From a virus (taxonomy: Duplodnaviria; Heunggongvirae; Uroviricota; Caudoviricetes), in IMG/VR virus record IMGVR_UViG_3300025467_000526, positions 1 through 64,000 of that record: a DNA stretch of 64,000 nucleotides; one strand, given 5' to 3'. Under the pieces are notes generated by a model. It ran no database searches and was not told where the DNA came from. It saw only the letters and a list, made by a program, of their open reading frames with translations. The position numbers and the translations under genes were made by a program. This document shows positions 28,154 through 36,604 of the stretch, one piece after another (positions within the stretch are counted from its first letter, which is position 1; each line of letters opens with the position of its first letter).

Positions 28154-28497
28154 AAAAAATACTATTCTTAATGCTTTTGGTGAGTCAGCTGGCAGTTGCC
28201 AACGAATGTAAAACTACCACAGTTACTATTGAGAAAGACGGCAAAGTCAGTAACGAAACTGCTACTATTTGTAAAGAAACTGGAGGAGTCGACCTACGAG
28301 TTAAAATCGGTGATACCATTTTGGAAAGCGAAGTCAACGAATCTGCTGTCAAAAAGTATTTTAAGTACAACGGACATAAATGTCGATTGTTTGAAGAATC
28401 TGGAGTAGTTGATAAAAAAATTAAAGACTATTTTGGTGTTATTTGTCAGGTAGATCCAAAAGATGAAAACAACTGGATCGTAGTTGACAAGTGGTAA
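28150..28497 (+). CDS. small secreted protein
   Basis: Start at ATG 28150 gives MKKILFLMLLVSQLAVA-NE, a signal peptide. The ORF track starts at 28120. Confidence 0.5.
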   Translation: MKKILFLMLLVSQLAVANECKTTTVTIEKDGKVSNETATICKETGGVDLRVKIGDTILESEVNESAVKKYFKYNGHKCRLFEESGVVDKKIKDYFGVICQVDPKDENNWIVVDKW

Positions 28498-28512
28498 TTG
28501 TTATAGTATAAT
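28484..28512 (+). promoter_or_regulatory. consensus sigma70-type promoter
   Basis: TTGACA (inside the 3' end of the upstream CDS), 17 nt, TATAAT. Confidence 0.6.
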
Positions 28513-28547
28513 ATAGACATGTTCAACAAACATAGAAAGGCAATAGT

Positions 28548-28679
28548 ATGAAAGGCGTTATTTTAGGCATTGTTTTAACTTTGGCAGTTTTGTATCCTGC
28601 GGTTACTAAGAATTTGTTTGGTACTGCTGTAGATACTACTAATGCTATTGTTATAACTACATTGGAGAAAACAAAATGA
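28548..28679 (+). CDS. small membrane protein (43 aa, not in ORF track)
   Basis: MKGVILGIVLTLAVLYPAVTKNLFG… has a GAAAGG RBS upstream and an ATGA overlap with the next gene. Confidence 0.35.
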   Translation: MKGVILGIVLTLAVLYPAVTKNLFGTAVDTTNAIVITTLEKTK

Positions 28680-28798
28680 AAACATTGTTTGCATTGATTT
28701 TAGTTTCGGCCCTTGCCGCTTGCTCGACTGTAGCAGGCATTGGTAAGGATATTCAATCGTCCGCAGAATGGACAAAAGAACAAATGGGTGGAAAATAA
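28676..28798 (+). CDS. entericidin-like small lipoprotein (40 aa, not in ORF track)
   Basis: MKTLFALILVSALAACSTVAGIGKDIQSSAEWTKEQMGGK matches the entericidin EcnA/B architecture: a lipobox LAAC, then xGxGxDI. Confidence 0.5.
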   Translation: MKTLFALILVSALAACSTVAGIGKDIQSSAEWTKEQMGGK

Positions 28799-28932
28799 TG
28801 AATTCATTTTTTAATCACGGAATGATGTATTTTTGGACTGACGTGTCTGTATTATTTGTGCTAGGTGGTATCTTATATGCAGTCTACGGATTTATTAAAG
28901 GCTTTATTGGCGGACTCCGCGGAAAGAATTAA
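28798..28932 (+). CDS. small membrane protein (44 aa, not in ORF track)
   Basis: MNSFFNHGMMYFWTDVSVLFVLGGILYAVYGFIKGFIGGLRGKN has one transmembrane segment and a TAATG overlap with the preceding gene. Confidence 0.35.
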   Translation: MNSFFNHGMMYFWTDVSVLFVLGGILYAVYGFIKGFIGGLRGKN

Positions 28933-28933
28933 T

Positions 28934-29485
28934 ATGAAAAAATCTTTACTACTAGTACCAATTGTTGCTATGCTGGCGGCTTGTGGTACAACTGATCCTT
29001 ATCAAAAGCGAGCTGACAATGAACGTGAACGTCAAGAACGTTATGTCGAACGAGCTTTGAGTAAAGCACCAGACTGGATGACTAAACTACCTCTCAGTAA
29101 TAGTGCAGTATTTGAATCTGGTACCGCTGTAAGCTCAGACTTCAGTATGAGTGATATCAAAGCCAAAGCAGATGCATTTGCAAAGATTTGTATGACCGCT
29201 GGTGGTACTGCTAACCAGCGTACTAAGATTTATCGTACAGACAGCGAAGTGACTAGTACAGAGCTTAGTGAATCAGCTATTCGCATGAGTTGTAAGGATG
29301 TAGACTTAACTGGTGTAGAAGTTCGTGAAGTCAAGCGTGTAGCAGAAGGTACACGGTTCCGTACTTATGTATTAGTGGCCTTGCCAACAGGTGATGCTAA
29401 TATTTTGCGTAAGGCTAAAGAAGCCGCAAAACAACGCGAGTTCGCGGCAAGTCGCCAAGAACAAGCATTTAAAGAAATGAATTAA
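28934..29485 (+). CDS. lipoprotein
   Basis: Start at ATG 28934 gives MKKSLLLVPIVAMLAAC, a lipobox. The track's 28865 start is upstream. Confidence 0.5.
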   Translation: MKKSLLLVPIVAMLAACGTTDPYQKRADNERERQERYVERALSKAPDWMTKLPLSNSAVFESGTAVSSDFSMSDIKAKADAFAKICMTAGGTANQRTKIYRTDSEVTSTELSESAIRMSCKDVDLTGVEVREVKRVAEGTRFRTYVLVALPTGDANILRKAKEAAKQREFAASRQEQAFKEMN

Positions 29486-29493
29486 GGAAAAAT

Positions 29494-30426
29494 ATGTTCA
29501 CAATCGTTGTTGGGGTATTATTTGGTATTGTAGTCTTAGTGGGCCTTGGCCTAGTTGATTATAACAACAAAACCAATTATGAAAACGCAGTTGCTTATGC
29601 CAAGCGTATCAAGGAAGATACAGACAGTATCAAAGCACATCCAAGTATGCTCAAACGTCTTTGGGTGTTGTCTTTGTTACCTGTAATCTTGTTTACAGCA
29701 TTTGAGTCATTTACAATCGTACCAGCAGGTTACATTGGTGTACAGGTTACGCTAGGAACTGTTAATCCAGAAACACTGAGTGAAGGTTTGCATTTTGTAA
29801 ACCCAATCAGTCAGGTTAAGGAAGTTGAAGTTCGTGTTGTAAAAGCGGACTTGAAAGGTGCTCAAGCAGGTACTAAAGACTTGCAGGTTGTGCATACAGA
29901 CATCGTAGTTAACTATCGTATTGATGGTGCCAAGGCCGCTACTATGTACAAAGAGTTTGGTTTGGATTTAGAAAACAAGATCCTGTTGCCAGCTATTAAC
30001 GAATCATTCAAAGCTACCACTGCCCACTATAACAGTGAAGAATTGGTAACCAAGCGTGATGAGGTAAGTGCGGCTATCCATACTGAACTACAGAATAAAG
30101 TAGGCAAGTACGGTTTGGATATCAGTGAAATCAGTTTGGTTAACTTTGGATTCAGTCAAGAATATCAAGCGGCTGTTGAACAGAAAGTTATTGCTACACA
30201 GAACAAGCAAAAGGCTGAACAAGACTTGGCTCGTATCAAAGTAGAAGCTGAACAACGTATTGCACAAGCGGATGGTGAAGCTAAGGCTATTGCTATCCAA
30301 GCACAGGCTATCCAATCTAACGGTGGCGTACAATATGTTCAGTTGCAGGCAATTGAAAAGTGGGACGGCAAGTTGCCTAGTACAATGGCAAGTGGCGCAG
30401 TTCCATTCTTGAACTTGGGCAAGTAA
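29494..30426 (+). CDS. SPFH/band-7 (prohibitin/HflC-like) membrane protein
   Basis: N-terminal transmembrane segment, GLHFVNPISQVKEVEVR, and an Ala/Glu/Gln-rich coiled-coil tail (…EQDLARIKVEAEQRIAQADGEAKAIAIQAQAI). Confidence 0.7.
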   Translation: MFTIVVGVLFGIVVLVGLGLVDYNNKTNYENAVAYAKRIKEDTDSIKAHPSMLKRLWVLSLLPVILFTAFESFTIVPAGYIGVQVTLGTVNPETLSEGLHFVNPISQVKEVEVRVVKADLKGAQAGTKDLQVVHTDIVVNYRIDGAKAATMYKEFGLDLENKILLPAINESFKATTAHYNSEELVTKRDEVSAAIHTELQNKVGKYGLDISEISLVNFGFSQEYQAAVEQKVIATQNKQKAEQDLARIKVEAEQRIAQADGEAKAIAIQAQAIQSNGGVQYVQLQAIEKWDGKLPSTMASGAVPFLNLGK

Positions 30427-30427
30427 T

Positions 30428-30907
30428 ATGAAATTGTTTGACCGCACCGGAGGACATTGGCTCTTCTGGAGCGGTCTTCTTTATCTTAGTGTAACCGTAT
30501 TGGTTGCTCTTAGTCCTTACAGAGACTATACTATGCTTGTAGAGTTGGTATGGCTTGTTATGGTAGCTTTACCGTTAGTATGTAATCCGCTGGCTCGCTG
30601 GCTTAACATGAGAGAGAATCATATGTTAGATAAATTATTTTTTAAGAAACCTAGTAACGTAGTTCCATTTCCTAAAGAGCCTGAACACGGTGGCGGAGAT
30701 GGTGGCGGTTATACTCCCGAACCAAAGAAACCTGCCGTAACTTATTATAGTCTAGGAATGAACAGTGATAACAGGCTAGAGTTCAAAATGGGCTATAGTG
30801 CTATTACTATGAATCATGGCGGTATTACTAATTTGATTGAGCAGTTAAAGACTTTCCAAAAACAACTTGCTGAATATGAAGGCATAGAGGAAGAAGAAAA
30901 TGCATGA
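30428..30907 (+). CDS. membrane protein, possible partner of the SPFH protein
   Basis: Two predicted transmembrane helices, immediately downstream of the SPFH gene (1-nt gap). Confidence 0.45.
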   Translation: MKLFDRTGGHWLFWSGLLYLSVTVLVALSPYRDYTMLVELVWLVMVALPLVCNPLARWLNMRENHMLDKLFFKKPSNVVPFPKEPEHGGGDGGGYTPEPKKPAVTYYSLGMNSDNRLEFKMGYSAITMNHGGITNLIEQLKTFQKQLAEYEGIEEEENA

Positions 30908-31055
30908 ATGGTTTATCCGCAACCAACCTAAGATTGCCATGTTCGTTGCCGGCTGGTGTTGTCTAGCGGCTATCGATTGTTTTTCAAAGGGAGACGATTT
31001 GTGGGCATTGGTTAATGCTGTGTTAGTTTATGTAAACATAAGGTTGGCAAAATGA
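30900..31055 (+). CDS. small membrane protein (51 aa, not in ORF track)
   Basis: MHEWFIRNQPKIAMFVAGWCCLAAIDCF… overlaps the stops and starts of both neighbours. Confidence 0.3.
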   Translation: MHEWFIRNQPKIAMFVAGWCCLAAIDCFSKGDDLWALVNAVLVYVNIRLAK

Positions 31056-31504
31056 TTAGAGAATTTATAAACATTATAGAAACAATGGAAGGTATTACTG
31101 ACGATTGGTTCAAGACAGGATCATTTGAAACATTCAAAAATCCTACGCCTATCCATTATAAAACTGCTATTGCTCCAGGTACTAGTGAAACCTTAGAAGG
31201 TCCGGTAGACTATCTAGCTGGTGATAAAATTATTACTGGGCCTAAAGGCGAGCAATATCCAGTGAGTCCTGCAAAATTTGCAGAATATTATGATGACAAC
31301 AAAGACGGTACTGCTACTCCCAAGAAAATTCATAAACATGCTAAACTGGCAGATCACGACGGTTCGGTAGTGTTAAAATATAATGGGCAATCACTAGCGT
31401 ATAAGGCAGGTGAAGACTATATTGTTCGTCATGATGCCGGTGACTACGGTGTAGTAAAGAAAGATATTTTTAATCAAACATACGATACATCAAATGCTGT
31501 ATAA
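31052..31504 (+). CDS. hypothetical protein
   Basis: 150-aa ORF. Confidence 0.45.
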   Translation: MIREFINIIETMEGITDDWFKTGSFETFKNPTPIHYKTAIAPGTSETLEGPVDYLAGDKIITGPKGEQYPVSPAKFAEYYDDNKDGTATPKKIHKHAKLADHDGSVVLKYNGQSLAYKAGEDYIVRHDAGDYGVVKKDIFNQTYDTSNAV

Positions 31505-31709
31505 TGAAATTGAACTAATGGAAATGGCTCAAGACTACGAAGCCATAGAGCATCAAGCTATACAAGATGCAGAAGAATTGCGCCAGCTACGCGATGGCGA
31601 ACGTATTATAGTGCCTGTAGATATCGAACATGCACGTACCATGTTTAAATTGGCTAGTTTTTATCTCAGCCAACATGACAAAGAATTTACACTAACAATG
31701 GAGATATAA
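31494..31709 (+). CDS. hypothetical protein
   Basis: 71-aa ORF. Confidence 0.4.
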   Translation: MLYNEIELMEMAQDYEAIEHQAIQDAEELRQLRDGERIIVPVDIEHARTMFKLASFYLSQHDKEFTLTMEI

Positions 31710-32080
31710 TGAACCCATTCCGCGATCAAGAAAAATTTATGAAGGCATGCGATCAAACAACAGACGATTGGAATGTTTCCCAGTTCAATTTATATGTTAA
31801 TTTGATTGAAGAAGAACTTGGCGAATTAAAAGTTGCCATTAACGATTGTGATAGCACAGAAGTTTTAGATGCATTAACAGATATTTTAGTTGTTACTATC
31901 GGTGCCGCACACAGTATGGGTGCCGACATCGAAGGTGCTTGGCGAGAAGTTATGGGTACCAACTTTGCTAAAATTGATAAAGAAACTGGACTTGTGCGTA
32001 AGCGTGAAGACGGTAAGGTATTAAAGCCAGTCGGGTGGGTTCCACCAAATTTAGAACCATTTACAAAGAAAAATGTATAA
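31709..32080 (+). CDS. mazG: MazG-like nucleoside triphosphate pyrophosphohydrolase
   Basis: LIEEELGELKVAIND (EExGE motif) followed by a second helical acidic block. Confidence 0.6.
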   Translation: MNPFRDQEKFMKACDQTTDDWNVSQFNLYVNLIEEELGELKVAINDCDSTEVLDALTDILVVTIGAAHSMGADIEGAWREVMGTNFAKIDKETGLVRKREDGKVLKPVGWVPPNLEPFTKKNV

Positions 32081-32211
32081 GTTAAGATATTATTCAACAA
32101 CAGGCGATATGCTCGTTAAATATTTTGCAACAATTAACGAAGCATTGCATTATTCGGTATATAGTATACCGTTTCAAAGTTTTTATGGAATTGATAAAAT
32201 AGAGGAAAACA

Positions 32212-32802
32212 ATGCCTAATTTAGTACCGATGGTAATCGAGCAAGAAGCTCGAGGTGAACGCAGTTATGATATTTACAGTCGCTTGCTCAAGGACCGTAT
32301 CGTTATGTTGGATACAGATGTAAACGAACATTCAGCAAGTTTAATCGTAGCCCAGCTACTATTTTTAGAAAGTCAAGGTAATGAAGATATTAACTTCTTT
32401 ATCAACAGTCCCGGCGGTGTGGTTACAGCGGGCATGGCTATTTACGATACTATGCAATTCATTAAGCCTGACGTTAGCACCATCGTCATGGGTCAAGCCT
32501 GTAGTATGGGAAGTTTGCTTGCTACTGCTGGTGCTCCTGGCAAGCGTAAAATGCTACCAAACGCTAGACACATGATTCACCAACCTAGTGGTGGTGCTGG
32601 TGGACAAGCTACAGACATGGAAATCCAAGTAAAAGAAATCCTAAAAATGAAGCAAAATCTTACCCAACTATATGTTAACCATAATAGTAAGGGCAAGACG
32701 TTTGATGAGTTTTATACAGCTATGGAACGGGATAACTTTATGAGTGCCCAAGAAGCACTAGATTTTGGATTGATTGACGAAATCGTGACAAAACGCCCAT
32801 AA
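32212..32802 (+). CDS. clpP: ATP-dependent Clp protease proteolytic subunit ClpP
   Basis: Active-site Ser in [10 protein letters not shown] and His in HMIHQPSGG. The whole protein aligns with the ClpP family. Confidence 0.85.
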   Translation: MPNLVPMVIEQEARGERSYDIYSRLLKDRIVMLDTDVNEHSASLIVAQLLFLESQGNEDINFFINSPGGVVTAGMAIYDTMQFIKPDVSTIVMGQACSMGSLLATAGAPGKRKMLPNARHMIHQPSGGAGGQATDMEIQVKEILKMKQNLTQLYVNHNSKGKTFDEFYTAMERDNFMSAQEALDFGLIDEIVTKRP

Positions 32803-32833
32803 AGTGTGTATATAATTGGGTTTCATAGTATAG

Positions 32834-32841
32834 TATAAATA
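32834..32841 (+). promoter_or_regulatory. T4-type late promoter motif TATAAATA
   Basis: Exact TATAAATA 20 nt upstream of ATG 32862. Confidence 0.3.
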
Positions 32842-32861
32842 GCTATGTCTAGGAGTGTGCT

Positions 32862-33587
32862 ATGGCCCAACTACCGTTTGATTGGTCTAAACTTGATAGA
32901 AGTTCTTTATACTCTATGTTCTACTCACTTAACAGTGAAATAGTAGGCAAAGATTTATCTCCCAGCCAAATTCAAAAGCGTATTAATAGGCATGTTAAGC
33001 AGTACTTACCGATAAAACTTAAAAAGTGCATACATGCTCCGACCACAATGGGTTGTATTTTTTTGGGCGGAGTCTACTATAGTGGACTGGATAAAAAGGG
33101 TAAACCTGCAATAGAAGTTAATTTCAATTTTAATCCAGACCAGACCAAAATAAAACTTACCCAATATCGTTTCAAACGTATGGCTTTTCGTTTTGCCGAT
33201 GTTGTTCTACACGAAGTTGTACACATGCGACAGTTTCGTGCTAGAAATTTTAAAACTATTCCTGGATACCAAAGTACAGCAGAATTAAACAAAACTCGTA
33301 AAGAACAGGAATACTATGGTGATACAGATGAAATGGGAGCTCATGCGTTCAATACTGCCTGTGAACTAATTGATCGTTTTGGATACGATCCTAACAATAT
33401 TGGCAAATATTTAGATTCCGATATTTGCCGTAGACATAAAAACTCAACTTGGAATAGTTATTTAAAAGCATTTAACTACAACCACAATCATCCAATTATA
33501 CGCAGAATGAAAAACTTAATTCTACGTAATTTAGAAAATGCCTACGAAGGCAAACCATTTAGAACTAACCTCTGGTTGACTTATTGA
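32862..33587 (+). CDS. hypothetical protein with an HExxH motif (possible zincin-like peptidase)
   Basis: VLHEVVHMRQF. No further family assignment is possible. Confidence 0.4.
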   Translation: MAQLPFDWSKLDRSSLYSMFYSLNSEIVGKDLSPSQIQKRINRHVKQYLPIKLKKCIHAPTTMGCIFLGGVYYSGLDKKGKPAIEVNFNFNPDQTKIKLTQYRFKRMAFRFADVVLHEVVHMRQFRARNFKTIPGYQSTAELNKTRKEQEYYGDTDEMGAHAFNTACELIDRFGYDPNNIGKYLDSDICRRHKNSTWNSYLKAFNYNHNHPIIRRMKNLILRNLENAYEGKPFRTNLWLTY

Positions 33588-33604
33588 TAATTACTCTGTA
33601 TAAT
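33576..33604 (+). promoter_or_regulatory. near-consensus sigma70-type promoter
   Basis: TTGACT, 17 nt, TATAAT, upstream of the ligase gene. Confidence 0.6.
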
Positions 33605-33636
33605 ACAAACTTATACAAATAATTATTGGAGTCTTT

Positions 33637-34956
33637 ATGAGTCGTTGTGCTAGTCATATTTGGGATTTGGAAAGTCATCCTAGTCGTCTAAACAAAGAAG
33701 CCATCATTGAAGCTATTGCCCTAGAAGGCAATAATGAATTTTTTGAAGGTTGCAGGCTTGCACTAGATCCAATGATTACTTTTGGACTTAAACAAATACC
33801 GGAGAAACAAGATGAAGATGGGCCTGGGTTACCTTGGGATAGTTTTACTCTCGCTCTTACTGGTTTCACTACTCGCAATGTCACCGGTAATACAGCAAGG
33901 ACTATGATCGAAACTATGATGAAATCAGCCACCAAGAAAGAATGGAATGGCTGGTATCGTCGTATCCTTATTAAAGACTTACGCTGTGGCGTAAGCGAAA
34001 AGACTATCAACAAAGTAGTGGAAAAGAATTATCCTAACTACGCCATTCCTGTATTTGCTTGTCAACTTGCTCATGACAGTGCCAATCATGAAACCAAAGT
34101 TGCTGGTCTCAAAATGGTTGAAGTTAAATTAGACGGTGTTCGAGTTATTACAGTTGTGCGGGTAGATGGTCGGGTAGATATGTTTAGTCGCAATGGTAAA
34201 GAACTTGTAAATTTTCCACATATTGCAGAACAGATTAGTGCTGTAGTTAAAAAGAATCCTCCACCATTTGATTTGATTTTAGATGGTGAAATCATGTCTA
34301 GCAGTTTCCAAGACTTAATGAAACAAGTACATCGCAAGAGTGATGTACAGGCAAATGACGCCATATTATATTTGTTTGATTTTTGTCAACTGGCACACTT
34401 TGAAGCAGGTAGTAGTGATTATCCGCAGTATGTTCGTAGTAAAATGGTATCTACATGGGTAGACGAACATGAAGAAGAATTGCCCAATGTGAAATATGTA
34501 ACATTCGAAGAAGTCAATTTGGACACGGATGATGGACAAAAACGATTTAAAGAAATTAATGCACAGGCTATTGCAGGTGGATATGAAGGTATTATGATTA
34601 AAGATCCGCATGCACCTTACGAATGCAAGCGAACAGTTAGTTGGTTAAAAATGAAACCATTCATTGAAGTCAGCCTGGCAGTAACCGCAGTAGAAGAAGG
34701 TACAGGTAAAAATGTAGGTAAATTAGGTGCATTTGTATGCGAAGGTGAGGATGATGGTAAACTTATTAAAGTCAACGTTGGCTCAGGATTCACTGATAAT
34801 GACCGCGATTCTTTTTGGTCCGATCGTGGTAGCCTGCTTGGTAATATTGTTGAAGTTCGTGCTGATGCGGTTACTCAAAATCAAGACGGATCATACAGTC
34901 TAAGATTTCCACGTTTTAAAGGATTTAGAGGATTTACAGCTGGTGAAAAAATTTAA
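33637..34956 (+). CDS. ATP-dependent DNA ligase
   Basis: Motif I EVKLDGVRV (KxDG), motif IV EGIMIKD, and motif V WLKMKPF. Confidence 0.75.
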   Translation: MSRCASHIWDLESHPSRLNKEAIIEAIALEGNNEFFEGCRLALDPMITFGLKQIPEKQDEDGPGLPWDSFTLALTGFTTRNVTGNTARTMIETMMKSATKKEWNGWYRRILIKDLRCGVSEKTINKVVEKNYPNYAIPVFACQLAHDSANHETKVAGLKMVEVKLDGVRVITVVRVDGRVDMFSRNGKELVNFPHIAEQISAVVKKNPPPFDLILDGEIMSSSFQDLMKQVHRKSDVQANDAILYLFDFCQLAHFEAGSSDYPQYVRSKMVSTWVDEHEEELPNVKYVTFEEVNLDTDDGQKRFKEINAQAIAGGYEGIMIKDPHAPYECKRTVSWLKMKPFIEVSLAVTAVEEGTGKNVGKLGAFVCEGEDDGKLIKVNVGSGFTDNDRDSFWSDRGSLLGNIVEVRADAVTQNQDGSYSLRFPRFKGFRGFTAGEKI

Positions 34957-35203
34957 CATGAATCGTTTTACAAAAATTTCGTGTGCTCTATTAGCCGTAG
35001 TAGTGGCAATTATATGTTGGCCTGAACCAGGTGAGGATGTCATTACTCGAAAATTCTGTGCGTACGGCGAAACTTATGTTGAATTTGAACACGGCGGTAA
35101 AATTTGGGGTACTACATTTTTAAATGAAAATGGTAAACCTCTTAGTTGTACAGAAGATGAAATTAAGGCGGAACCAGTAAATTCATGGAAGAGCACTATT
35201 TAA
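34943..35203 (+). CDS. small secreted/membrane-anchored protein
   Basis: Hydrophobic N-terminus FTKISCALLAVVVAIICWP. Confidence 0.4.
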   Translation: MKKFNMNRFTKISCALLAVVVAIICWPEPGEDVITRKFCAYGETYVEFEHGGKIWGTTFLNENGKPLSCTEDEIKAEPVNSWKSTI

Positions 35204-35784
35204 ATTCCCAAAACAATTTTATCATGGGGTGGTATACTGACCTAACAGTATGCGATCGTCTTATAGAGTTACATAAAACAAGTTCAAATTTAAGTCCAGG
35301 ATTGTACGGTGCAAACAAAGAAGTTGACAAGTCTAAAAAAGATTCAATCGATTTAATGTTGCCGCCGGGGCAAGTTCCGTATTATTATTTGAAGCATTTA
35401 TTCAAATGTTTGAACGCATACTATCAAAAATATCCTCATTCTAAAATCGATGCGGTTGACATGATAGAGTCAACACAAGTACAATATTATGCTCCAGGCG
35501 GCGGTTTTAAAGCATGGCATTTAGAACGAGAAGGATTAGATTGGCCTATTGTAACAAGACATTTAGTCTTTATGACTTATTTGAATACAGTAGATGATGG
35601 AGGCGGTACAGAATTTTTGTATCAAGGAATGAAAATTAAGGCTGAAAAAGGATTAACACTTATTTGGCCACCTGATTGGACTTTTACTCACAGAGGTGAA
35701 ACTAGTCCTACACAAGAAAAATATATTATAACTGGATGGTTTAACATGAAAACTTATACTTTAGAAAGGAATAGAAATGCGTAA
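35185..35784 (+). CDS. 2OG-Fe(II) oxygenase, prolyl-4-hydroxylase-like
   Basis: WHLEREG (HxE/D), TYLNTVDDGGGTEF, and distal H…R in TFTHRGETSP…ITGWF. Confidence 0.6.
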   Translation: MEEHYLNSQNNFIMGWYTDLTVCDRLIELHKTSSNLSPGLYGANKEVDKSKKDSIDLMLPPGQVPYYYLKHLFKCLNAYYQKYPHSKIDAVDMIESTQVQYYAPGGGFKAWHLEREGLDWPIVTRHLVFMTYLNTVDDGGGTEFLYQGMKIKAEKGLTLIWPPDWTFTHRGETSPTQEKYIITGWFNMKTYTLERNRNA

Positions 35785-36604
35785 TTATTGGTCATGTACA
35801 AAATTTGCAGACTGGGTTCGTGGCACTAAAAAACTAAGTGCCGCTACTAGTGAAGACTGGGACGAATGGCGTACCACTGCTAAAATGCGACATAACTTTC
35901 GCTACTGGGTCGCAGAAGAATTGCTTGACAATATTCAAGGCTTTTTTCTTTACATACCGGACAGACTAAATGACATCCGTTACTACATCAACAATCGTTG
36001 GGTTAGTAAGAGTCATGCTCTTACTGCCCACCCTCGTGATATCCGCCCTGGCCGTTGGAGTGACGTTGGTAATCGTTTTCTTCCATGTTTGTTTAACGAA
36101 CTTGTGGACTTTGTTGAAATCGAACAAGCGTGGCATTATGTAATGTGGAACAGCGAAGAACAGAAGAAATATAATGTTCCCTGGTATCGCAGTGGTTGGT
36201 TACGCTGGCGTACTTGGCGTTGCCCAGAAGCAGGACTTGCTTACTTAGATTGGGCTAGTACTCTTACTAACGAAGAGTTTCTTGACGATGACCAGAAGCA
36301 CGAAGCCGTTCCAACTTTCCAAGCCAATAATGCTAAGGAAATTAAAGAGCTGTATCTTTGGTGGACTACTGTGTATCGTAATCGACCAGAACCAATGGAG
36401 GCAAGCGGCTGGAGTGCTTATTGTGAAGCCGCACGTCTAGCCAATAGTGGCCGTCTAAGTTTTGGCAAAGAAAAAAGTCCTGAGCTTGCCGAGATGAGTC
36501 GTGTTGCTATGGACAAAATGCACAAGATGGAAGAGGCTTACGAGGCCGAAGATGAAGCTATGATGATTCGTCTTATCAAAGTGCGTCAAGGCCTATGGAC
36601 TTAA
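35777..36604 (+). CDS. hypothetical Trp-rich protein
   Basis: 275-aa ORF. Confidence 0.45.
   Translation: MRNYWSCTKFADWVRGTKKLSAATSEDWDEWRTTAKMRHNFRYWVAEELLDNIQGFFLYIPDRLNDIRYYINNRWVSKSHALTAHPRDIRPGRWSDVGNRFLPCLFNELVDFVEIEQAWHYVMWNSEEQKKYNVPWYRSGWLRWRTWRCPEAGLAYLDWASTLTNEEFLDDDQKHEAVPTFQANNAKEIKELYLWWTTVYRNRPEPMEASGWSAYCEAARLANSGRLSFGKEKSPELAEMSRVAMDKMHKMEEAYEAEDEAMMIRLIKVRQGLWT

Noticed and set aside
32108-32200. 30-aa ORF in the gap upstream of clpP
   Set aside because: The region looks like an AT-rich promoter/leader. The ORF has no RBS and no coupling signature.
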